Below, one piece after another: positions 57,790 to 64,000 of a stretch of DNA of 64,000 nucleotides. The DNA lies in contig CAWKHU010000008.1 of the NCBI GenBank assembly GCA_963849625.1, positions 1,741 through 65,740 on the forward strand, written 5' to 3'. The notes under the pieces are model-generated. The model was given only the letters and a program-made list of their open reading frames with translations. It had not been told where the DNA came from and did not search any database. Position 1 is the first letter of the stretch, and every line of letters begins with the position of its first letter. The position numbers and the translations under genes are program-made. This DNA is from an uncultured Actinomycetota bacterium (GTDB taxonomy: Bacteria; Actinomycetota; Actinomycetes; Propionibacteriales; Nocardioidaceae).

Positions 57790-59379
57790 GTGAAAACGAC
57801 TGTCGACACCACGACCACGACCTACGACGAAAATCGAGCCGCGATGCTGGAGCGCATCGACGACCTCGAGGTTCAGCACGCCAAGGCACTGGAGGCCGGC
57901 GGTGAACGCCACATCCAGCGGCACCGCGACCGCGGCAAGCTGACCGCCCGCGAGCGCATCGAGCTGCTGCTCGACCCGGACTCGCCGTTCCTCGAGCTGT
58001 CGACGCTCGCAGCCTGGGGTACGGACTTCGCCGTCGGCGCATCGATCGTCACCGGCATCGGCGTCGTCGAGGGGGTCGAGTGCATGATCATCGCCAACGA
58101 CCCGACCGTGAAGGGTGGCGCCTCCAACCCCAGCACGCTCCGCAAGGGGCACCGCGCCGCGCAGATCGCGCAGGAGTGCGGCTTGCCGAGCATCAACCTG
58201 GTCGAGTCCGGCGGCGCCGACCTCCCGACGCAGAAGGACATCTTCATCCCGGGCGGTCGCTCGTTCCGCGACATCACCCGAGCAAGCGCGGCACGCCGTC
58301 CGACGGTGGCGCTGGTCTTCGGCAACTCGACGGCCGGTGGCGCGTACATCCCGGGAATGAGCGACTACGTGGTCATGGTCAAGGAGGGTGCCAAGGTGTT
58401 CCTCGCCGGACCTCCGCTGGTCAAGATGGCGACCGGAGAGGAGTCGACCGACGAGGAGCTGGGCGGCGCCGAGATGCATGCCCGGCAGTCGGGCCTCGCC
58501 GACTACCTCGCGGTCGACGAACGCGACGCCATCCGCATCGGGCGCTCGATCATCAAGCACATCAACTGGAGCAAAAAGGGCTTCGTGCCCGATCCGACGT
58601 ACGCCGAGCCGGTCCTCGATCCCGAAGAGCTGCTGGGCATCGTGCCCACGGACCTCAAGATCCCGTTCGACCCACGTGAGGTGATCGCCCGCATCGTCGA
58701 CGGCAGCGAGTTCGACGAGTTCAAGCCGCTCTACGGATCGTCGCTGGTCACCGGCTTCGCCCAGCTGCACGGCTACCCGATCGGCATCCTCGCCAACGCT
58801 CAAGGCGTGCTGTTCAGCCAGGAGGCGCAGAAGGCGACGCAGTTCATCCAGCTCGCCAACCAGACCGACACCCCACTGCTGTTCCTGCACAACACCACGG
58901 GCTACATGGTCGGCGCCGAGTACGAGCAGGGCGGCATCATCAAGCACGGCGCACAGATGATCAACGCCGTCTCCAACTCCACCGTGCCGCACATCTCGGT
59001 CGTGATCGGCGCCTCGTACGGCGCGGGTCACTACGGCATGAGCGGCCGCGCGTACGACCCGCGCTTCATGTTCAGCTGGGTCAACGCGAAGTCCGCCGTG
59101 ATGGGCGCCACCCAGCTCGCCGGGGTCATCTCGATCGTCGCCCGCGGCGCCGCCGAGTCGAAGGGTCAGCCGTACGACGAGGAGGCCGACCAGCAGATGC
59201 GGGCCTTCATCGAGCAGCAGATCGAGGAGCAGTCGCTGGCGTACTTCACCTCCGGGATGCTCTATGACGACGGGGTGATCGATCCGCGGGACACCCGCTC
59301 GATCCTCGGCATCTGCCTCAGCGCGATCAACACCGTGCCCACCAAGGGCGCCGAAGGCTACGGAGTGTTCCGAACATGA
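57790..59379 (+). CDS. Acyl-CoA carboxylase carboxyltransferase subunit (AtuC/AccD2-like)
   Basis: RGKLTARERI, ANDPTVKGG, TAGGAY, SYGAGHYGM, DDGVIDP. Confidence 0.93.
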   Translation: MKTTVDTTTTTYDENRAAMLERIDDLEVQHAKALEAGGERHIQRHRDRGKLTARERIELLLDPDSPFLELSTLAAWGTDFAVGASIVTGIGVVEGVECMIIANDPTVKGGASNPSTLRKGHRAAQIAQECGLPSINLVESGGADLPTQKDIFIPGGRSFRDITRASAARRPTVALVFGNSTAGGAYIPGMSDYVVMVKEGAKVFLAGPPLVKMATGEESTDEELGGAEMHARQSGLADYLAVDERDAIRIGRSIIKHINWSKKGFVPDPTYAEPVLDPEELLGIVPTDLKIPFDPREVIARIVDGSEFDEFKPLYGSSLVTGFAQLHGYPIGILANAQGVLFSQEAQKATQFIQLANQTDTPLLFLHNTTGYMVGAEYEQGGIIKHGAQMINAVSNSTVPHISVVIGASYGAGHYGMSGRAYDPRFMFSWVNAKSAVMGATQLAGVISIVARGAAESKGQPYDEEADQQMRAFIEQQIEEQSLAYFTSGMLYDDGVIDPRDTRSILGICLSAINTVPTKGAEGYGVFRT

Positions 59380-61331
59380 TCACGTCAATCCTGGTTGCCA
59401 ACCGCGGGGAGATCGCGCGGCGAGTGTTCCGTACGTGCCGCGACCTCGGCATCCGTACGGTCGCGGTCTACTCCGACGCCGACGCGGGAGCGCCCTTCGT
59501 GGGTGAGGCCGACCTCGCCGTACGGCTTCCCGGCAATGCGCCGTCCGACACGTACCTCCGCGGCGATCTCGTCATCGCCGCTGCTCTCAAGGCCGGCGCC
59601 GACGCGATCCACCCCGGCTACGGCTTCCTCTCCGAAAATGCCGCCTTTGCCCGCGACGTGGCCAAGGCTGGGCTCACCTGGATCGGCCCCGGGCCCGACA
59701 CGATCGACTCGATGGGCGACAAGATCCGCGCCAAGGAGCTGATGGACAAGGCCGGCGTGCCCATCCTCAGCGTCGACATCGAGCAAGTGAAGAAGTCCGC
59801 CAAAACGGATTGGAAAGGCCCCTTGCTCGTGAAGGCGTCGGCGGGTGGTGGTGGTCGCGGTATGCGGATCGTCACCGATCCCAAGGACCTCGAGGGTGAG
59901 CTCACCGCCGCAGGCGCCGAGGCGCTGTCGGCATTCGGCGATGCCACCGTGTTCGTCGAGCCCTACCTGCCGACCGCGCGCCACATCGAGGTGCAGGTCA
60001 TGGCCGACACCCACGGCACCTGTTGGATCGTCGGTGACCGCGACTGCTCGATCCAGCGCCGCCACCAGAAGGTCGTCGAGGAAGCACCCGCTCCGTCGGT
60101 CAGCGACCAGGTCCGAAAGGTCCTGCACGACGCGTCGCGTGCTGCCGTCGAGGCTGTCGGCTACGTCGGCGCGGGCACGGTCGAGTTCCTGGTCGCTGAT
60201 GCGCATCTGGAGACCGGCAAGGCGTACTTCCTCGAGATGAACACCCGGCTCCAGGTCGAGCACCCCGTCAGTGAAGAGGTGTTCGGCGTCGATCTCGTCG
60301 CCCAGCAGATCAGGGTCGCCGAGGGCAAGGAGCTCGGCGCCGAGCCCACCGGGCCGACCGGCCACGCCATCGAGGTACGCCTCTATGCCGAGGATCCCGC
60401 CGACGACTGGCAGCCGCAGACCGGCACGGTCCGTACGTTCGAGGTGCCCGACGGCCCGGGCATCCGGGTCGACTCGGGCATCGAGAGCGGCTCGGTCATC
60501 GGCATCCACTACGACGCGATGATCGCCAAGGTCATCGCGTTCGGAGACGATCGGGTCCACGCCGTACGGTTGCTCGGCGATGCGCTTCGCCGCACTCGCC
60601 TGCACGGGGTGACGACCAACATCGACCTGCTGCTCGGCATCCTCGGCGATGACGAGTTCCGGGCCGAACGCGTGCACACCGCACTGCTCGACGAGCGACT
60701 CACCGAGTGGGCGAAGCCAGTGAGCGGTGAGCACGCCCAACGCAAGTCCGTGCTGGCCGCTGCGCTCGGAGAGGCTGCGACCAGCACCGCGAACGCCACG
60801 GTGCTCAGCCGCATACCGACGGCCTACCGCAACGTGCCGAGCCAGCCGCGCACCCGCTCGTACGAGATCGGCGGTGAGGAGATCGCCGTCTCCTATCGCG
60901 GCATCCGGACGGGACTGGTGCAGTCCGAGCTCGAAGGCGTCACCGTCGTCGAGGTCTCGCCCAGCAGGGTCGTGCTCGACGATGACGGCGTCACGGAGTC
61001 GTACGACGTGGTCGCAGGACCCGGCTGGGTCGACGTCGACGGTCCAGCTGGATCGTTCGACCTGACGCCGATCCCCGAGTTCGTCGATCCGGCCGACGTG
61101 ATCGCCGAGGGCTCGTTGCTCGCTCCCATGCCGGCCGCGGTCATGAGCGTCGCGGTCACCGAAGGACAGGACGTCAGGAAGGGTGACATCGTCGTCGTCC
61201 TCGAGGCCATGAAGATGCAGCACACCATCACGGCGCCGTACGACGGCGTCGTCACCGAGCTGTCGGCCAAGGCCGGCGCGCAAGTCGAGTCCGGCGCCGT
61301 ACTCGCCGTCATAGAAGGAGCAGCAGAATGA
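59376..61331 (+). CDS. Acyl-CoA carboxylase biotin carboxylase/carrier subunit (AtuF/AccA2-like)
   Basis: ANRGEIA, HPGYGFLSEN, GGGGRGM, EMNTRLQVEHP, biotin site EAMKM. Confidence 0.95.
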   Translation: MITSILVANRGEIARRVFRTCRDLGIRTVAVYSDADAGAPFVGEADLAVRLPGNAPSDTYLRGDLVIAAALKAGADAIHPGYGFLSENAAFARDVAKAGLTWIGPGPDTIDSMGDKIRAKELMDKAGVPILSVDIEQVKKSAKTDWKGPLLVKASAGGGGRGMRIVTDPKDLEGELTAAGAEALSAFGDATVFVEPYLPTARHIEVQVMADTHGTCWIVGDRDCSIQRRHQKVVEEAPAPSVSDQVRKVLHDASRAAVEAVGYVGAGTVEFLVADAHLETGKAYFLEMNTRLQVEHPVSEEVFGVDLVAQQIRVAEGKELGAEPTGPTGHAIEVRLYAEDPADDWQPQTGTVRTFEVPDGPGIRVDSGIESGSVIGIHYDAMIAKVIAFGDDRVHAVRLLGDALRRTRLHGVTTNIDLLLGILGDDEFRAERVHTALLDERLTEWAKPVSGEHAQRKSVLAAALGEAATSTANATVLSRIPTAYRNVPSQPRTRSYEIGGEEIAVSYRGIRTGLVQSELEGVTVVEVSPSRVVLDDDGVTESYDVVAGPGWVDVDGPAGSFDLTPIPEFVDPADVIAEGSLLAPMPAAVMSVAVTEGQDVRKGDIVVVLEAMKMQHTITAPYDGVVTELSAKAGAQVESGAVLAVIEGAAE

Positions 61332-62491
61332 ACAGCTTCACCGAGTCAGAAGAGCGCCTGGCGCTTCGCAAGGCAGTCTCCGACCTGGGCAAGAAGTTCG
61401 GGCGCGACTACTTCGAGCAGGCCGCCAAGCACGGACGCAAGACGACCGAGCTGTGGGAGGAGGCCGGCAAGCTCGGCTACCTCGGCGTCGCGGTGCCCGA
61501 GGAGTTCGGCGGTGGCGGTGGCGACATCGGCGACCTGGCCGCCGTGTGTGAGGAGCTCGCTGCTGCTGGCAGCCCGCTGCTGCTGATGGTCGTCTCGCCC
61601 GCCATCGTCGGCACGATCATCGCCCAGTACGGCACCCAGGAGCAGAAGGAGCGCTGGCTGCCCGGCCTCGCCGACGGCACCTCGACGTTCGCCTTCTCGA
61701 TCACCGAGCCCGATGCGGGCTCCAACTCCCACAAGATCATCACGACGGCCTACCGGACCGACGACGGCGGATGGCGGCTGACCGGCACCAAGACGTACAT
61801 CTCAGGCGTCGACGAGGCCAGCCACGTGCTCGTCGTCGCACGTACGGAGGATGCCAAGACCGGCAACCTCAAGCCAGCGTTGTTCCTCGTGCCCGTCGAC
61901 TCGGAGGGTTTCACCTTCCAGGAGATCGACATGGGCCTGACCTCGCCGGAGAAGCAGTTCACGCTGTTCTTCGATGACGTGCTGCTGCCTGCTGACACCC
62001 TGATCGGCAGCGAGGACGCCGGCATCGACCAGCTGTTCGCGGGCCTCAACCCGGAGCGCATCATGGGCGCCTCGTTCGCGACGGGCACAGCACGCCTGGC
62101 GCTGGCCAAGGCGACCGAGTACGCCAAGGAGCGCCAGGTCTGGAAGGCGCCGATCGGCTCGCACCAGGCGATAGCTCACCCGCTCGCGGAGTCGTACATC
62201 GAGATCGAGATGGCTCGGCTGATGACGCAGAAGGCCGCCGCTCTGTACGTGGCGGGCGACTTCATGGCTGCCGGTGAAGCAGCCAACATGGCGAAGTACG
62301 CGGCCGGCGAGGCCGTGTGCAACGTGGTCGACCGGGCGATCCAGACGCACGGTGGCAACGGTTTGGCCAACGAGTACGGTCTGGTGCAGATGCTTGCCGG
62401 ATCGCGCCTGTCCCGCATCGCGCCGGTGAGCAAGGAGATGGTGCTCAACTTCATCGCCCAGTTCTCTCTCGGCTTGCCCAAGTCCTACTGA
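61328..62491 (+). CDS. Acyl-CoA dehydrogenase (FadE12-like)
   Basis: SITEPDAGSN, NPERI, QTHGGNG, RIAPVS, LGLPKSY. Confidence 0.93.
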   Translation: MNSFTESEERLALRKAVSDLGKKFGRDYFEQAAKHGRKTTELWEEAGKLGYLGVAVPEEFGGGGGDIGDLAAVCEELAAAGSPLLLMVVSPAIVGTIIAQYGTQEQKERWLPGLADGTSTFAFSITEPDAGSNSHKIITTAYRTDDGGWRLTGTKTYISGVDEASHVLVVARTEDAKTGNLKPALFLVPVDSEGFTFQEIDMGLTSPEKQFTLFFDDVLLPADTLIGSEDAGIDQLFAGLNPERIMGASFATGTARLALAKATEYAKERQVWKAPIGSHQAIAHPLAESYIEIEMARLMTQKAAALYVAGDFMAAGEAANMAKYAAGEAVCNVVDRAIQTHGGNGLANEYGLVQMLAGSRLSRIAPVSKEMVLNFIAQFSLGLPKSY

Positions 62492-62578
62492 AAGATCCCG
62501 CTGAGTGTCACGAATTGGTCGCGAATCGACCGGATTGACGACCCAAACGTGCCACTCAGCGGGTATGGAAGGAGCACC

Positions 62579-63325
62579 ATGACTGAGCTCGTACACCTTG
62601 AGGTCGCCGATCAGGTTGCCACGATCACGCTGGACAGCGACCACAATCGCAATGCGCTGAGCCGGCAGCTGGTCGCCGAGCTCACCGAGCATCTCGCGAC
62701 AGCGGGCGCCGATGGTGAGGTGAAAGCCGTCCTGATCCGCTCGGCAGGATCGGTGTTCTGCTCCGGCGCCGACCTGACCGAGGCGTCCGCCGACGGCATG
62801 GTCGAGGGCGCGAAGGGCATGGTCGCGATGCAGCGGCAGATCGCGACGCTCGACAAGCCGGTGGTGGTCGAGCTCGGTGGACCCGTACGCGCCGGTGGCC
62901 TCGGCATCGTCGGCGCCGCCGACATCGTCATCGCCGCCGAGTCGGTGACGTTCCAGCTGACGGAGGTACGCCTCGGCCTCGCCGCGGCCGTGATCTCGTT
63001 GTCGCTGCTGCCGAGGTTCACCGATCGTGCCGCCGCGGACCTGTTCCTGACGGCGCGCAAGTTCGACGCGGCCGAAGCAGCACGGGTCGGCCTGATCACT
63101 CGCGCAGTCCCCGACGCCGAGCTCCAGGACGACATCGCGGGTGTGCTGGGCGATCTGGTCAAGGCCTATCCGCAGGGTCTGCGCGAGTCGAAGAAGCTGC
63201 TCAACCACGACCTCGTCGCCCGCATCGACGCCCTCGGCGACCAGGTCGCTGCCCAGTCGGCCGAGCTGTTCGGCAGCGACGAGGCCCGTGAAGCGATGAC
63301 TGCGTTCCTCGGTAGGGGCAAATAG
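62579..63325 (+). CDS. Enoyl-CoA hydratase (AtuE/EchA7-like)
   Basis: HNRNALS, FCSGADL, RAGGLG, EVRLGL; ATG 62579 after GGAG. Confidence 0.9.
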   Translation: MTELVHLEVADQVATITLDSDHNRNALSRQLVAELTEHLATAGADGEVKAVLIRSAGSVFCSGADLTEASADGMVEGAKGMVAMQRQIATLDKPVVVELGGPVRAGGLGIVGAADIVIAAESVTFQLTEVRLGLAAAVISLSLLPRFTDRAAADLFLTARKFDAAEAARVGLITRAVPDAELQDDIAGVLGDLVKAYPQGLRESKKLLNHDLVARIDALGDQVAAQSAELFGSDEAREAMTAFLGRGK

Positions 63326-63492
63326 GCGGAAGCAGCCGTCTGCTCCAGGCTCAGGCCTCTCGCCGACTCATAGTTCGAACGAGCCATTTCTTGGAATTTG
63401 ACTGCGATTTTGGCAGATTCCGATATTCGTCGCGGCTTGCGTGCACTACGTTGATCCCGTTCTGCTCCTTTGGGGGACAGCCGGAGGTTGCC

Positions 63493-64000
63493 ATGTCCCG
63501 TCCCACTCCCTCGTTCCGCGTCCTGACGCATCTCCTGATCGTCGCGCTGCTTGCCGCCTTGGCCTATGTGGCCGGTCCACTCCCTGCAGCTCAGGCGGCC
63601 GACACTCGCATCAGCGGAACTGTGACGGCTGACGCTGGACCTGCGCTAGAAGATGTGAGGGTCACGGCCTACACGCTGCAGGACGACGGGATCGACGACC
63701 CGTACTGGAGGAGTACGACACCGACTACACCGACGACAACGGCCATTACTCCCTCTACGTCCCCAACGGCACCTATCGCCTCGGATTTGTGGGGAGCGAC
63801 AAGTACGTCACCGAGTTCTGGAAGGACGCCAGCAGCGTGGAGACCGCCACGAATGTGGTGATCAACAACGCATCAGTGACGACGATAAGTCCGTCCCTCG
63901 CCGTGAGGAAAGCCATCAAGGGCACGGTCACCGGCCCCACGAGTGCGACTCCGCTCAAGGACATCGAGGTCACCCTCTACGCCCTGGATGAGGGGAGCTG
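63493..64000 (+). CDS. Secreted protein with carboxypeptidase-regulatory-like repeats, partial, apparent one-base frameshift near 63707
   Basis: GGAGG RBS, signal peptide ending AQA, ISGTVT...; adding one G gives ...YWEEYDTDYTDDNGHYSLYVPNGTYRLGF...IKGTVTG, open to the window end. Confidence 0.7.

Noticed and set aside
56497-59031. 844-aa minus-strand ORF, and similar long ORFs at 1077-2696, 13507-15030, 21859-23868, 59385-61283 and 61802-63208
   Set aside because: Antisense shadows of well-supported genes, expected in high-GC DNA; no recognisable motifs.
63700-63715. Frameshift in the last secreted-protein gene as phase variation
   Set aside because: A single missing G in a short run with no repeat tract; a sequencing error is more likely.
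1-64000. CRISPR arrays, tRNA/rRNA, IS transposases, integrases, prophage or defence systems
   Set aside because: No spaced repeats, RNA gene signatures or such protein motifs were seen; intergenic gaps are short.

Overview
High-GC actinobacterial chromosomal DNA; gene content and LPxTG surface proteins suggest Nocardioidaceae, e.g. Aeromicrobium-like (inference). About 65 tightly packed genes, mostly lipid and xenobiotic catabolism: fadH, a CaiB/acyl-CoA dehydrogenase/MerR/fadA/fadB beta-oxidation locus, two P450s, flavin monooxygenases, SDRs, hydrolases, an IdeR-boxed iron-siderophore ABC module, a TetR-VOC-FAH-MhpA-like-P450 aromatic catabolic islet and an atu-like (Rv0971c-0976c-type) acyl-CoA carboxylase operon. 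The standout is 30.5-38.1 kb: apparent counterparts of all five genes of the mycobacterial methylthioxylose (MTX) capping pathway (MTA phosphorylase, epimerase, DUF2064 transferase, GT2, GT-C-type membrane transferase), extended by a SAM methyltransferase, a membrane cytochrome-b-like/Tat/molybdopterin oxidoreductase, a small membrane protein and a divergent Ser-rich lipoprotein. This could be a recyclable surface thioether-glycan antioxidant system. Other signals: a 101-bp palindrome inside the atuA reading frame, degenerate direct repeats flanking the aromatic islet that copy the end of an unannotated 49-aa membrane protein gene, apparent enrichment of the palindrome CGTACG, and three frameshifted genes (probably sequencing indels). 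No rRNA, tRNA, CRISPR array or transposase was seen. All family assignments are from motif recognition, not database searches.
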